IMG/VR virus record: IMGVR_UViG_3300028556_000001
Span: 1-64,000 of that record
Strand: one strand, 5' to 3'
DNA: 64,000 nt
Source: a virus
Every line of letters starts with the position of its first letter. Positions within the stretch are counted from its first letter, which is position 1. Made by a program: the position numbers and the translations under genes. The notes under the pieces are model-generated. The model made no database searches and had not been told where the DNA came from. It saw only the letters and a program-made list of their open reading frames with translations. Shown one piece after another: positions 16,807 through 27,679 of the stretch.

Positions 16807-18378
16807 ATGGCCCTTGACCTCACCTACGACGCCACCCAATCCCCGGTCTTCAATAACAAGAACGTGTTGAATCAGATTGGCGTGCCGGGGGATAATACAA
16901 CGGCAACCGGGGGCGATACCCCGGAAATCATCCAAGCCAAGGCCACCACCGCGCTTCTGAATGTCGTGGAAACAGGCGGGGGTGGAGGCGGGGGTAGTCC
17001 TACGGGTGCGGCTGGCGGCGATTTGACGGGCACCTACCCGAATCCGACCATAAAGCCGTCCGTCAATCTTTTAGGCGTTCCAACAATTACGACAACTCCG
17101 GCATTTGGGGATAGCACCACCAAGATTGCGGACACCGCGTTCGTGCAGGCTGCTACCGCCGCCATAGTCTCCAGCAGCTCCCCTTACGTGCCGATGAATG
17201 GTCTGTTTTATCAGTTTAACAACACGACCGGAGGCAACGCCTCTCTAGCCGGGAACACCGCACAGTTGAGCTTCCCCGATAACAAGGTGACTTTCGAGTT
17301 GCGCTTCTGGATTGATAGCTTCACTGGCAACTTCACCCTGATGGACAAATACTTGTCTGGTGCTGGGCAGCGTGAATACCACATTGACATCAACACGGAT
17401 GGTTCGCTCGCGCTCTCCCTCGGGACGGGGTCGGCTGGATTTGGCTTCACTACGGCGGCGGGGACATTTGTGACGGGTCAATGGTATCACATGGCCATAC
17501 CGATTAGCGGGACGGGCGCATCTGCGGCCACCGGTTATGTCAACGGCGTGTCCATTCCGGTTATTGGAAGTGCCGGATGGACGGGATTCCCGACTAACGG
17601 GAGTGCTCCCATTAACGTTGGGGGTGACTGGACAGCCGACTTCCCCGGCGTGATTTCCATTTGCCGGGTGTGGAATCGGGCCCTGTCAGCCGCACAAATC
17701 ACCCAACTCTATCTTGGCGCACCCATCGAATTGTCCGACCAATGGGGCAATCAGACGACGCAGGCATCAGGAACGCTCAAGGGCGTGCAACGGTATCGCA
17801 TTGTCAACTTCGTGGCGGGGGATAACTTTTCCAACCTCGGGGCCACGAATGCCACAGGCAATGAGTTTGTTTGCTCCGGGTTGGGCACGCAGACGCCGAC
17901 GACTTGGACAAACGGCAGCACCCTGAAGCCCATCGGCGTAATTCTCGACCTTGAGCCCAACGGCATCCAGCCGTCGCCGGGCCAGTGGCTCGACCATTCC
18001 TCCAACCAGATTAACTTCCTGCAAGGCGCACCCTCCAATGTTCCGGGTAGCAAGGAAATAAACTACATTTTCTCTTCTAAATTCGTGTGGACTCTCACGG
18101 CCTCCGGGTATCTTGGGGGTTCCAACCGCATTGTCGTTCCGGCCAACTTTATGATAGAGAGCTTGGTGGCCAATGCTGGGAGTTTGGCGGGGGCAACGAA
18201 ACAGATTTCACTCGGCAATACATCCGGGGATGTTTCCTATGGAACGTGGACGGTGGCGAACGGCATTCAGGTTTTGAGCGTGCTGAAATATGCCGACACC
18301 CAGATTCTCTACATAACCTTTGCCGCCGGATTGACCGGAACCATTGTTTTCACCGTCAAAGGATATACCACCTCATAA
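16807..18378 (+). CDS. fibre/spike protein with LamG (ConA-like lectin) domain
   Basis: GGDLTGTYPNP and KIADTAFV fibre motifs; GQWYHMA...YVNG...RVWNRALSAAQITQLY. Confidence 0.75.
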   Translation: MALDLTYDATQSPVFNNKNVLNQIGVPGDNTTATGGDTPEIIQAKATTALLNVVETGGGGGGGSPTGAAGGDLTGTYPNPTIKPSVNLLGVPTITTTPAFGDSTTKIADTAFVQAATAAIVSSSSPYVPMNGLFYQFNNTTGGNASLAGNTAQLSFPDNKVTFELRFWIDSFTGNFTLMDKYLSGAGQREYHIDINTDGSLALSLGTGSAGFGFTTAAGTFVTGQWYHMAIPISGTGASAATGYVNGVSIPVIGSAGWTGFPTNGSAPINVGGDWTADFPGVISICRVWNRALSAAQITQLYLGAPIELSDQWGNQTTQASGTLKGVQRYRIVNFVAGDNFSNLGATNATGNEFVCSGLGTQTPTTWTNGSTLKPIGVILDLEPNGIQPSPGQWLDHSSNQINFLQGAPSNVPGSKEINYIFSSKFVWTLTASGYLGGSNRIVVPANFMIESLVANAGSLAGATKQISLGNTSGDVSYGTWTVANGIQVLSVLKYADTQILYITFAAGLTGTIVFTVKGYTTS

Positions 18379-18379
18379 T

Positions 18380-19681
18380 ATGGCTATTTTAAACAATTCC
18401 ATGACATCAGCGTCTCTGGCGACGCCCACCCCGTCTTCATATTGCTTGGCGTTTGACGGCACACAGAACTATACGACGACCCCAGCCAGCAACGCCTTTT
18501 CTCCGGCAGGGTCTTTCACGCTGGAAATGTGGCTTAATACCAACGATTCTCCCAGTATTGCCATGGGCAACTGGAACGGCAGCAATAAGGGGGTTTTCAT
18601 GGAAGCTACGGGGAGCGCGGGCTCCTCCACTCCGCCGGGGTATTTTCGGTGCGGGATGCAATTTACGACCCAAGGATTTTTGGAAATCCTCTATCCTTGG
18701 TCGTGGGCTGCCGGATGGAACCACTGGGCTTTAGTGTGGAACTCAAGTGCGGCTGGGGTCTATCTCTATCAGAATGGCCAACAGGTAGCTATGTCTCCCA
18801 ATTTTCATATTGGAGATTCCCTCGTCACCTCCCCAACGGCCTTTACCCTTGGCCAGATAAACAGCGGATTCGGTTATGCTGCATTTAGCATCGGGCCGGT
18901 GCGCCTGTCCAACACCGCCCGTTATCAAAACAGCTTTCTCCCGGCTTCCTCATGGCCGAGCGATGCAAACACTGTTTTTGTCTATAACATGGCCGCGGGA
19001 CTGGGCACGACACTCGTGGACGACACAGGCAACCACAATGGCACCCTTACAGGTTCCCCGTTGCCGACATGGAGTAATTTTCCGCTCGCCGTGGGGATTT
19101 CCTCGCCCAACGGGGTTTCTTTTGGGGGCGGCCTTTTTAACAATCTACTCTGCGGGGGACTTACGGCCAACTCCACTTCCAGCGTGGAATCCAGCGCTTC
19201 CACGGGCAGCTTCACGCAATACATCGCAGACGTGTTGGATGCGCCATCAATTGACCCCAACCAACGCCTGTTTTACGCCAGCGACGGAACCTCGATAATG
19301 ATGGACTATAGTTCGGCTCCCCTCATTTACTATGCCGACGGCTTGACTCCATTTTTTGACGGCTCCAACAGCAACCTTAATGCGGACAATGGCAACATTT
19401 TCCTAAACTTGAGTGGTAATGTCATCGCCGATTGTGGAGTGGATGGTCATTTTTGCTTGGATGTGGCCAATCGCATCCTTTACGCCGACGACGGCACGAC
19501 CCATGCGCTGGATTTTTCCAGCCCCAGCGTGGCAACTTTTGGAGCTACCATAGGGATTGCGGGAACGAGTGGGCCGGGGGCTTCCGTGGGCACGTTGACC
19601 AACGCTCCGTCTGTGGGCAATCCGACTGCGTGGGTTCCCTTTCAATTCAATGGCGTGACCAAGCACTTTCCCGCTTGGTAG
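18380..19681 (+). CDS. virion protein with LamG domain
   Basis: LAFDG, FTLEMW, WNHWALV, LYQNG, VRLSNTARY; ATG 18380 follows the upstream stop. Confidence 0.75.
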   Translation: MAILNNSMTSASLATPTPSSYCLAFDGTQNYTTTPASNAFSPAGSFTLEMWLNTNDSPSIAMGNWNGSNKGVFMEATGSAGSSTPPGYFRCGMQFTTQGFLEILYPWSWAAGWNHWALVWNSSAAGVYLYQNGQQVAMSPNFHIGDSLVTSPTAFTLGQINSGFGYAAFSIGPVRLSNTARYQNSFLPASSWPSDANTVFVYNMAAGLGTTLVDDTGNHNGTLTGSPLPTWSNFPLAVGISSPNGVSFGGGLFNNLLCGGLTANSTSSVESSASTGSFTQYIADVLDAPSIDPNQRLFYASDGTSIMMDYSSAPLIYYADGLTPFFDGSNSNLNADNGNIFLNLSGNVIADCGVDGHFCLDVANRILYADDGTTHALDFSSPSVATFGATIGIAGTSGPGASVGTLTNAPSVGNPTAWVPFQFNGVTKHFPAW

Positions 19682-19691
19682 CCTTTCAAAT

Positions 19692-20021
19692 ATGACTCCA
19701 AACAACTACATCAAAACCAGTGGAAACTGGTATTTCCCAACTCCAAATCGTTCCACGGTTCCGGGGCCCAACGGCACCATCCTCACAGGTGGCACCGTGC
19801 TCAATCCGGTGACTGACGCCGGACAGGTGGCCGCATTGGAATCGGCACTCGCCTCCATTGACCCCATTCCGGCGGGAGCGGTCATAAGCACCCAAGGAGT
19901 GCAGGGGCAAATGACCGCGTCGCAGGATTCACCTCCGCTTTATTCCATCCTCCGTGGAGTGGCGTATGTCAATTATGCGGACACCAACGGCAAAAACAGT
20001 TCCATCAGGAAACAACTCTAA
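19692..20021 (+). CDS. hypothetical virion protein
   Basis: 109-aa ORF within the structural operon. Confidence 0.6.
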   Translation: MTPNNYIKTSGNWYFPTPNRSTVPGPNGTILTGGTVLNPVTDAGQVAALESALASIDPIPAGAVISTQGVQGQMTASQDSPPLYSILRGVAYVNYADTNGKNSSIRKQL

Positions 20022-20039
20022 CCCGTAGCCGGGCAATCC

Positions 20040-21353
20040 ATGACGCCCGAATCCGAGCGTATAGACAACTGTTGCTGCAACCCCTGTGGGTTCCCCAACA
20101 ATCAATTTCCGCTTGGACAGCCCCCCCGCCGCAGGAACCGCCAGTGTGCCGACCCCGCGCAATTCATCGGGCCGCTTAATCAATGCGTGGAGATTCCCTT
20201 CTTTGGGAACGACCAGCAGGTTGCGGTTGCCGGATGTTCTTCCGGGGCCGGGGATGATGTGACAGTCGGAGTTGGCTCCAACACCGTATTCTCACACGAA
20301 AGCGTGGATGACGCCAATGTTGCGGCCTACGAATACGCCCTGCAATCGGCAGAAGCGCAAGTCCAGTGCAACAACCAGTTCTTCTCCGCCGCCCAAACCG
20401 CTAACGCGGTGTGTCCCAACGGCCAAGTCCAGCAATACACTTCCCCTGTGGGAGCGTATGTCTCGCAGGTCTCGCAAGTGGACGCCGACACCCAAGCCTA
20501 TAATCTGGCGTTTGCCAAGGCCCAATCATTGTGCGGCCAGACCGAGGCTCCGTCATTTACCCAGCAGCCATCTTCCGTCTCCATTTTTCAGGGACAATCC
20601 GCCACCCTGACCGTGCAAGTTCTCGCCATTCCAGCCGCCGCCTATCAGTGGTTTTCGGGGCACGCAGGAGACGCCTCCAGTCCTATTCCGGGGGCCACCG
20701 GCAGCACTTACATCACCCCCTTGCTTTCCTCCACGGCCTTCTATTGGGTCATGGCCACGAATGCTGCCGGGAGTGTCAACTCCAGCACGGCCACGGTGAC
20801 GGTCGCTTCTCCGGCCATTCAAACCCAACCAACCGGAGGTTCGACCCCCGCCACGCCATCCGGGGTATTTACCCTATCCGTGGTCGTTTCTGGCGCGGTC
20901 AATCCGACCTATCAGTGGTATGTTGGTCTGTCCGGTAACACCTCATCACCCATTGGAGGAGCGACGGGAAGCACCTATAACGCGCCCACAAGCAGCCTTG
21001 GGTCAGTCAATTACTGGGTGCAGTTCACCAACGCCTACGCGCAGTTGAACTCCACGACGGCGACAGTGACGGCCACCGCCAATCCGCCAGTCATTTCCTC
21101 GGTCTTTTGCACGCCACCCAACCCGTCACCCGATGGCTCCTGCCTGTTTACGGTAGTGGCGACAGGGGTGGGCACACTGGCCTACCAGTGGTATCAGGGG
21201 GTTTCGGGGGCGACGACCACTCCCGTTGGCTTCAACCAAAACACCTATACCGTGGACGTGCCTCTAAGTGGCTCCTTCCCGGTCTGGTGTCGAGTTACCG
21301 GCCCCTATGGTTCCGCCGACTCCACCACCGTTTACCCCTGCATCGGCTGTTAA
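20040..21353 (+). CDS. virion protein, DUF5977-like repeats plus three Ig-like domains
   Basis: VSQVSQVDADTQA; three YQW(F/Y)xG...GAT..TY...YWV repeats. Confidence 0.75.
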   Translation: MTPESERIDNCCCNPCGFPNNQFPLGQPPRRRNRQCADPAQFIGPLNQCVEIPFFGNDQQVAVAGCSSGAGDDVTVGVGSNTVFSHESVDDANVAAYEYALQSAEAQVQCNNQFFSAAQTANAVCPNGQVQQYTSPVGAYVSQVSQVDADTQAYNLAFAKAQSLCGQTEAPSFTQQPSSVSIFQGQSATLTVQVLAIPAAAYQWFSGHAGDASSPIPGATGSTYITPLLSSTAFYWVMATNAAGSVNSSTATVTVASPAIQTQPTGGSTPATPSGVFTLSVVVSGAVNPTYQWYVGLSGNTSSPIGGATGSTYNAPTSSLGSVNYWVQFTNAYAQLNSTTATVTATANPPVISSVFCTPPNPSPDGSCLFTVVATGVGTLAYQWYQGVSGATTTPVGFNQNTYTVDVPLSGSFPVWCRVTGPYGSADSTTVYPCIGC

Positions 21354-22777
21354 TGATAGCCTCACCCAGACCTCCGACCGCCCATCCCAATGCGGGCTTC
21401 ATTCCCTTCACGCCCAAATGTGTGGAGGTGCCTTATGCGTCCCCTCCTGCCGGGCCGAAAGTCTATATCACGGGGCCGGACATCTCTTCAGGGCCGAACG
21501 ATGTTCCATGTGGAACATCCTACCCCTACGACCCGCGTAACTTCTCGCTCCTACAGGGAGGCATAGGCTCGAACCAGAACTCGCCCCTCTACGGCAATCG
21601 CTTTGTGCAAGTAGATGAGGTTTGTGCCGCCAATCCGCTCCTGAGCCGAATTGTCGCAGTTCCCCTCAACACCTTCTACGGGACTTCTCAGGCGCAGGCC
21701 GATGCCTTGGCGACTCTCGCTGCCACACAGAAAGCCCTGTATCTCCTTCAGCAGCAGGGCTGCAAGGATGTGTTATTCGCCAATACCGACCAGTCCTTTA
21801 CCGCAACCTGCCAACCGGGAACCATTGGTGATGCCGTTACCGTCACTATTCCACAAGGCAGTTACTTCTCCCCAATTTCACAGGCTGCGGCAGATGCCTT
21901 GGCTGCAACCGTGGCCCACCAACAGGCTCTTGCCGGGCTTTCCTGCACCCAAGTCCAACTCCCGCAAATCCAGCTTCAACCCGTGGGAGGCCAAATTAAC
22001 TCCGGGCAGACCTTTACCCTGTTCTCCGCCGCCTCCGGCGTCCCGGCCCCGACCTATCAGTGGTATCTCGGCAATTCCGGCGACCAGAGCCAGCCCATTG
22101 TCGGAGCAAACTTCCCGGCCTATACGACCCTCGCGCTTTTGCTTACAAGCTCGTTTTGGGTGCAGGCCGTGAATGCCTATGGGTCGGCCAATTCCAATAC
22201 GGCTACGGTCATTGTAGGGGCCGCGCCGACCGCGCCTGTCATCGTCTCCGCCCCGTCAGGCGGAACCGTAAAGCAACCCTCGTCCTTCACTCTCTCGGTC
22301 GTGGCCATTGGGACGCCCACTCTGACCTACCAGTGGTATCTCGGTTTTACGGGAGACACCACGCAGCCCGTTGCAGGAGCGACCAACAATTCCTACACGA
22401 TTACGACCAATACGGCCACTCCCGGCTCCTATAATTACTGGGTGAAGGTGACGAATGGCCTCGGTTCCACCAACAGCCCGACTGCCGTGGTCGTGATTCA
22501 AAACAACCCCCCGACCGTGGTGGTGACGTGGATACCTCTCTTTCCGCACCCCAGCACGCCCTTCACCCTCACGGCCTCGGTCTCCGGTATTGGGGTTCTC
22601 GGCTACCAGTGGTATGTCGGTCTCTCTGGCGATACATCCAGCCCTATCGTTGGTGCCACCAACTCCAGTCTCCCGCGCACCGCCGGAGGGCCCGGGACAG
22701 AACATTTCTGGTGTCAAGTTGCTGGTCTCTACGGGAATGGCAATTCCAACACCGCCAGCGTAATTGTCCAACCATGA
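21353..22777 (+). CDS. paralogous virion protein, DUF5977-like repeats plus three Ig-like domains
   Basis: ATG 21353 (TAATG); SPISQAAADALA; three YQWY repeats. Confidence 0.75.
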   Translation: MIASPRPPTAHPNAGFIPFTPKCVEVPYASPPAGPKVYITGPDISSGPNDVPCGTSYPYDPRNFSLLQGGIGSNQNSPLYGNRFVQVDEVCAANPLLSRIVAVPLNTFYGTSQAQADALATLAATQKALYLLQQQGCKDVLFANTDQSFTATCQPGTIGDAVTVTIPQGSYFSPISQAAADALAATVAHQQALAGLSCTQVQLPQIQLQPVGGQINSGQTFTLFSAASGVPAPTYQWYLGNSGDQSQPIVGANFPAYTTLALLLTSSFWVQAVNAYGSANSNTATVIVGAAPTAPVIVSAPSGGTVKQPSSFTLSVVAIGTPTLTYQWYLGFTGDTTQPVAGATNNSYTITTNTATPGSYNYWVKVTNGLGSTNSPTAVVVIQNNPPTVVVTWIPLFPHPSTPFTLTASVSGIGVLGYQWYVGLSGDTSSPIVGATNSSLPRTAGGPGTEHFWCQVAGLYGNGNSNTASVIVQP

Positions 22778-23127
22778 CTGCTCGCAGACTAAGCCGCGCC
22801 GAACTTCCCGCCGTCTATGAATCGCCGGGGAATGTCTCCGTGCGTAACCATCCGCCCTCCGTGGGCATGATGGCGGTGAATCTCATACGCTCGATTGGCA
22901 CCGTGGCTTACGAAGCGGCGGTCAATGGCCTGCCCGTGGATGTTCCCGATGCCATCTTCGACCAGCGCATTGCGGTCTGCCAAGGGTGCTCTCACTTCGA
23001 CCGCCTTGGAGGAAAGTGCAACATCTGTGGCTGTTCCGCCAAGCGCAAGATGCGCCTCTCGGCCATGAAGTGCCCACTCCCCACCCCCAAGTGGAAAGCA
23101 TGGGACGGCAAAAGCTCGACAATTTAA
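22774..23127 (+). CDS. Cys-rich DUF6171-like protein
   Basis: QRIAVCQGC...KCNICGC...K......CP...KW; ATGA overlap. Confidence 0.65.
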   Translation: MTARRLSRAELPAVYESPGNVSVRNHPPSVGMMAVNLIRSIGTVAYEAAVNGLPVDVPDAIFDQRIAVCQGCSHFDRLGGKCNICGCSAKRKMRLSAMKCPLPTPKWKAWDGKSSTI

Positions 23128-23166
23128 CGCCAAACCGTTAATCCTCAATCAACCCTCAATTCACCT

Positions 23167-23568
23167 ATGAAAAACTCGTCCACGTCAGGTCTGAAATGGA
23201 TGCCGCTGGGCTCCAAGCCCAAGATGTCCACCGACAGCGCGGCTCCCGCGCCGCCGAAACCGCATTACCCAATGCTCTCCGTCACCCACGAAATGCCCGC
23301 GTCCAAGCCCGATGCCGGGCATCCGATTCCGATGGGCATGTCGCACATGATGGTCAAGGTCAACAAGGTCGGCCACAAGGTCAACCCGGATGGCTCGACC
23401 ACGCACGACATGGAGGTGCATGAAATGGCTCCCGTGGCGATGGACAGTTCGCCCAAGTCCGCGCCGTCTTCTCCCCAGCCCGTGCCGCAGATGAAGTCCG
23501 CGATGGATGGAGTCGAGCAGGCGGTGAAGGACAAGATGCAGGCCAAAATGCGGGCGAGAATGGGTTAA
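23167..23568 (+). CDS. hypothetical Met/Pro/Lys-rich protein
   Basis: 133-aa ORF in the operon with biased codon usage. Confidence 0.6.
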   Translation: MKNSSTSGLKWMPLGSKPKMSTDSAAPAPPKPHYPMLSVTHEMPASKPDAGHPIPMGMSHMMVKVNKVGHKVNPDGSTTHDMEVHEMAPVAMDSSPKSAPSSPQPVPQMKSAMDGVEQAVKDKMQAKMRARMG

Positions 23569-23574
23569 TTTCCT

Positions 23575-24585
23575 ATGATTGTCAGCGACGTTTGGTATGA
23601 TGCGAGGGACATCTTCGGGAACTGCAATCCCGATGTTCTCTTGGCACGCATATCCGACGCCATCGAATTGCTGTCAGCCAAGGCGAGTCCCGGCTGGGAT
23701 GCGAACCTAGCGGAAATGTCGCTCTGCACCTGTGAGTCGTATGTCACCCTCCCCTACGATGTCGGCACGCCCCTCGCAGTCTCGGCCAACGGTGTTCCGA
23801 GCATTGCGCGGGACAAGTGGTATATCTACCACATCAACGGCACGGGGCCGAAAGGCTGGGTTCCGGCGGGGTTTTGGGACGACGCGGGAGAGCGGCCCAT
23901 CATCCGCGAAATCAAAGTCCCCTCCAAGCTCCTTGTAACCCTCCAATTCGCCACCGACCAGAACAAGGCATTCTGGGTGTATGGCACGGACATCAACGGC
24001 ACGCCGCTTATCACGCTCAATCAGGACGGGACGACCACGCCGGGCATCAACCTGCTTCAGAATTACAATCCGGCGGTGGCGACCGACGTGTATGTAAAAT
24101 GGATTGACCGGATTGTGCGTGAGCCGACCAACGGGTTCGTGAAGCTCTGGGCGGTGGATACCGTGGACAACCTCGGAACCCTGCTGGGCCACTATGAGCC
24201 GCAGGAGACGCAGCCGATGTATCGGCGTGTGAGGTTCCCCTGCAAATCCCAGATACGGATGCGTTACCGTCGCAAGACTCTTCGGGTTTCGGGCCTCAAC
24301 GACTTCATCCCCTTGGACTCCCGCTTCGCCCTCCAGATGATGATGCAGGCGGTGTTCTACTACCGGAACAAGAACTTCGCGGAGGCCGCGCCCTTTGAAA
24401 TCAAGGCCGTGCAGTTCGCTCAGGAGGAGCAGAAAGCGAGGAACGCCATTTCCGGCATAGGCATGCAAGTGAATGTCTGCGACGGAGCGCAGAATGCGAG
24501 TCTCTATGGGTATCCCGCCTCGGACACCGTAGGGTATCCGGGAGGCTACGGCCCCTACTATGGAGGCTCCGGTTACGGAGGTTAG
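23575..24585 (+). CDS. putative head-tail adaptor / tail tubular protein A
   Basis: Position before the tubular-B-like gene; helical N- and C-termini. Confidence 0.5.
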   Translation: MIVSDVWYDARDIFGNCNPDVLLARISDAIELLSAKASPGWDANLAEMSLCTCESYVTLPYDVGTPLAVSANGVPSIARDKWYIYHINGTGPKGWVPAGFWDDAGERPIIREIKVPSKLLVTLQFATDQNKAFWVYGTDINGTPLITLNQDGTTTPGINLLQNYNPAVATDVYVKWIDRIVREPTNGFVKLWAVDTVDNLGTLLGHYEPQETQPMYRRVRFPCKSQIRMRYRRKTLRVSGLNDFIPLDSRFALQMMMQAVFYYRNKNFAEAAPFEIKAVQFAQEEQKARNAISGIGMQVNVCDGAQNASLYGYPASDTVGYPGGYGPYYGGSGYGG

Positions 24586-24587
24586 CC

Positions 24588-26576
24588 ATGCCCGCAGCCG
24601 CACCCATTACCGGACAAGTGGAGGATGGAGCCTTCTATTTCGGGGGTGGCATGGACTCCTGCACGAACCCCCTGCAACTCACGCAGGACAAGTATGTCTT
24701 TGGCGAGAACGTAAGCTGCCGGGGTGGACTACTTCAAAACCGTCCGGGTTACGCCTCCATTTTTGGACTGCCGTGCGGGAATCTCCAAGGTTTCTTTTTC
24801 TTCCAGCCCTTCAACGGCCATCCCCAATTTCTCGCCGCCGTGGACGGCCTCATCTACGTCAGCCCCGCGCCCTTCACTTCGTATTACCAGATTCCGGGCA
24901 TCAAGTTCTACGCCAAAGCCAAGTATATCGCATGGGCGCAGTGTGTCCAGACAGCCACCTATGACGCGGATGGCAAGAAAACCATTTTGAATCCCCCCGT
25001 GCCGATGGTCGTCATGCAGGATGGGTTTTCCAGAGCGGCCTACTGGGATGGCGGACAGGGACGGCACTTGAATCCCACTCCCTCCGGCGTGACCGACCCG
25101 ACCTCCGGGGATGTCATCGTCGCACCCGGCACTTACGAGACCGTCATGGGCCTGTGGATGGCATGGGCCGGAAACAGACTGTGGGTTTCACGCGGGAATC
25201 AGGTGTTCGCTTCCGACATCGGCGACCCCCTGCATTTCTCGGAACAGGTCTATCTCTCGAACCTCAACAGCTTCTCCTTCCCTGACACCGTAACGGGACT
25301 GGTGCAACCCTACGCCGACGCCTCACTCATCATCTTCACCAACCGCACCTTCTCTTTCTTGCAAGCCGGGATTCAGGACAGGACGCAATGGGCAACCACG
25401 AATGACTTTCAAGTGGATTACTATTGGACGGGCTGCGTGTCCCATCGTTCCATCGCCCGCCAAGGAGGGTTGACGTGGTGGTATTCTCCCGGTGGCTGGA
25501 TAAACCTGAATCAAGCCCAGAGCCAGACCATCAACTCCATCGTGCAATACGCTGACCAGCCGATGGCGTATTCCAAGTATTACCTGTCCCCGGATTTAAC
25601 GGGCGTAGCTTCCTGCGCGTTCGAGCAGTATATTGTGCTCTCGGTTCCGTCCGGGGATGTAAAGAACAGCCACACTTGGGCCTTGGACTTCTCCCAGCCG
25701 AATAATCAATACACACCGCCAAGATGGGAAGGCATCTGGACAGGCACGCGCCCCGTGGAGTGGGGGGCCGGGGTCGTCAATGGCAAGCAGCGGTGTTTCT
25801 ACGCCTCCTGTGATTATGATGGGGTGAATCGCATTTGGGAGGCATTTCTGCCGGACAGGACGGACAATGGCCAGCCCATTACTTGCGCGGTGCAGCATCG
25901 GTATTTCAATTTTGCGCTCGCCAACCCCGACAATCTCAAGGACTTCCTGTTCTACCGGCTGGAGATTGCGGAGATGCTGGGCACGGTGGATATTCTCGGC
26001 ATGTTCGCGGGCACAAAAGGAGCCTACCAGAAAAACCTGACCAAGCGCATGAACGCCACGACGGGGATTTTCGGTGCGGTTTCGCCGTTGAACGCCAAAC
26101 AAACCCTGTTGGGCTACAAGCCACAAACTCGCCTCATCTCCTCGACCAACACCGACAACAATGACACGGAATGCAATCAGTGTGGAGTGGAGTCGCCAAT
26201 TTATTCGTGGTATCGGGACAGGGCATTCTCGCCCCTGATTATCTGGTCGGGGAGGATGGGGTTGCAGGGCATCCGTCTGTTTGCCAACGCCATCTCCTAC
26301 GACAAGCAGCAGGGTATTTGTGAGGAGGACGAGAACCAGCCGCACACCCTGAATACGTTTGGCTGCGAGGCATTGCAGTTGGATGTCACGACCGCCAATT
26401 TCACCACCTACACCTCGACGGCCACCGTCACCCAAGGTTGCCCCACGGGAGCCTACGGCACCGCCCCCATGCCGGGAACCGCGACCGCTTCCTCGATTAT
26501 TTCACAGGAGAACGCCGCTCTTCTGGCTGTGCTGCAAGCCTCTCAGGATGCCGCCGACCGTCTCCAATGCTATTAG
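24588..26576 (+). CDS. putative tail tubular protein B / P22 gp10-like stabilisation protein
   Basis: FGGGMDS...ENV...GGLLQNRPG start; NRLWVS..NQVFASDIGDP; GCVSHRSI. Confidence 0.68.
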   Translation: MPAAAPITGQVEDGAFYFGGGMDSCTNPLQLTQDKYVFGENVSCRGGLLQNRPGYASIFGLPCGNLQGFFFFQPFNGHPQFLAAVDGLIYVSPAPFTSYYQIPGIKFYAKAKYIAWAQCVQTATYDADGKKTILNPPVPMVVMQDGFSRAAYWDGGQGRHLNPTPSGVTDPTSGDVIVAPGTYETVMGLWMAWAGNRLWVSRGNQVFASDIGDPLHFSEQVYLSNLNSFSFPDTVTGLVQPYADASLIIFTNRTFSFLQAGIQDRTQWATTNDFQVDYYWTGCVSHRSIARQGGLTWWYSPGGWINLNQAQSQTINSIVQYADQPMAYSKYYLSPDLTGVASCAFEQYIVLSVPSGDVKNSHTWALDFSQPNNQYTPPRWEGIWTGTRPVEWGAGVVNGKQRCFYASCDYDGVNRIWEAFLPDRTDNGQPITCAVQHRYFNFALANPDNLKDFLFYRLEIAEMLGTVDILGMFAGTKGAYQKNLTKRMNATTGIFGAVSPLNAKQTLLGYKPQTRLISSTNTDNNDTECNQCGVESPIYSWYRDRAFSPLIIWSGRMGLQGIRLFANAISYDKQQGICEEDENQPHTLNTFGCEALQLDVTTANFTTYTSTATVTQGCPTGAYGTAPMPGTATASSIISQENAALLAVLQASQDAADRLQCY

Positions 26577-26624
26577 TCTCGCTTATACATTGCATTTTAT
26601 TTTTCTTTTCGCAGAATACACCCC

Positions 26625-27677
26625 ATGGCAACCGCCCAACCCGTTCCCCTGCAATGTGTCGTAGGCTCTGTGCCTCCGAATTGGAGTGGTGACGCGCAGG
26701 CATTGGCGAACCTGCTGGGGTCAATTCTTCAGTTCTATTTGGAGACGGGGAGTTCGACCTTCATCATCGGCGGTTCGCAGCCCACCTCCAATCAAGGCCC
26801 ATGGCTCAAGGACGGAACAACGTGGTATGTCTGGAATGACGCGCTCGCCACTTACGTTCCCGCGACCATCCCGCAAGCCTCTCTCCGCTATATTATTTCT
26901 CCGACCGCACCCGACCCCGCTGTTTACGATTTGTGGTTCCAGACAAACGCCTCCACAGGGACGCCCATCTCCATCAATCACTTTAACGCCGGGCAGTGGG
27001 TGGCCTTCGGAGCCAACTGGAGCGCACTCGTCGGCGCACCCGGCGCACTTCTCCCCTCGGTTCCGGGTTTTGGCACCACCGGGCAAAGACCATCGCCGGG
27101 CACAATCTTTCAGGTCTATTACGACACGACATTGCGAATGCCGCTCGTCATCAACAGCGACGGGAATTACGTTGGCTACGGGGACGTGGTGAGTTTTGGG
27201 CCGACGACCGGGTATCCCGTCAACCCCCAACAGAATCAGAGATTTCGTGACACCACGCTCAATATAGATGTGATTTTCTACTCCGGGTCATGGCATACGG
27301 TGGATGGTTGTCCGGGGGATGTGAAGACGGTGAAGGCTGCGACCTTGGCGGCGGCACTCGCGCAGAACCCCGGCTGGGTGCAGGACACGGCTTCGATTGA
27401 CCGTCTGATTATCGGGGCGGGCAACCTCTACGCCTACAATGCCACCGGGGGCGCGACGAGTGCAACCCTCACGGCAGCCAATCTTCCCTCCACACTCCCA
27501 ATTACCATTCCCGGATTCGGCACTAACGGGGTAGTGACTCCGACAGAATTTAACCTCACTAATTCCGCTTCCAACCCCGGAACGGGAGCCGCGACCATGA
27601 GCATTACCGGGGCTTCTTCTACCCCCGTTCCCACCCTGCCGCCCTACATCGCGTATTGGACTCTCGTGAAAAGCTAG
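26625..27677 (+). CDS. tail fibre/collar-like protein
   Basis: RLIIGAG...ATGGATSATLTAANLP...TLPPYIAYW C-terminus. Confidence 0.62.
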   Translation: MATAQPVPLQCVVGSVPPNWSGDAQALANLLGSILQFYLETGSSTFIIGGSQPTSNQGPWLKDGTTWYVWNDALATYVPATIPQASLRYIISPTAPDPAVYDLWFQTNASTGTPISINHFNAGQWVAFGANWSALVGAPGALLPSVPGFGTTGQRPSPGTIFQVYYDTTLRMPLVINSDGNYVGYGDVVSFGPTTGYPVNPQQNQRFRDTTLNIDVIFYSGSWHTVDGCPGDVKTVKAATLAAALAQNPGWVQDTASIDRLIIGAGNLYAYNATGGATSATLTAANLPSTLPITIPGFGTNGVVTPTEFNLTNSASNPGTGAATMSITGASSTPVPTLPPYIAYWTLVKS

Positions 27678-27679
27678 TC

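Noticed and set aside
20640-22620. Recurring CTA(T/C)CAGTGGT about every 270 bp, superficially array-like
   Set aside because: It encodes the YQW(Y/F) motif of tandem Ig domains; it is not a CRISPR or DGR repeat, and no reverse transcriptase or cas gene is present
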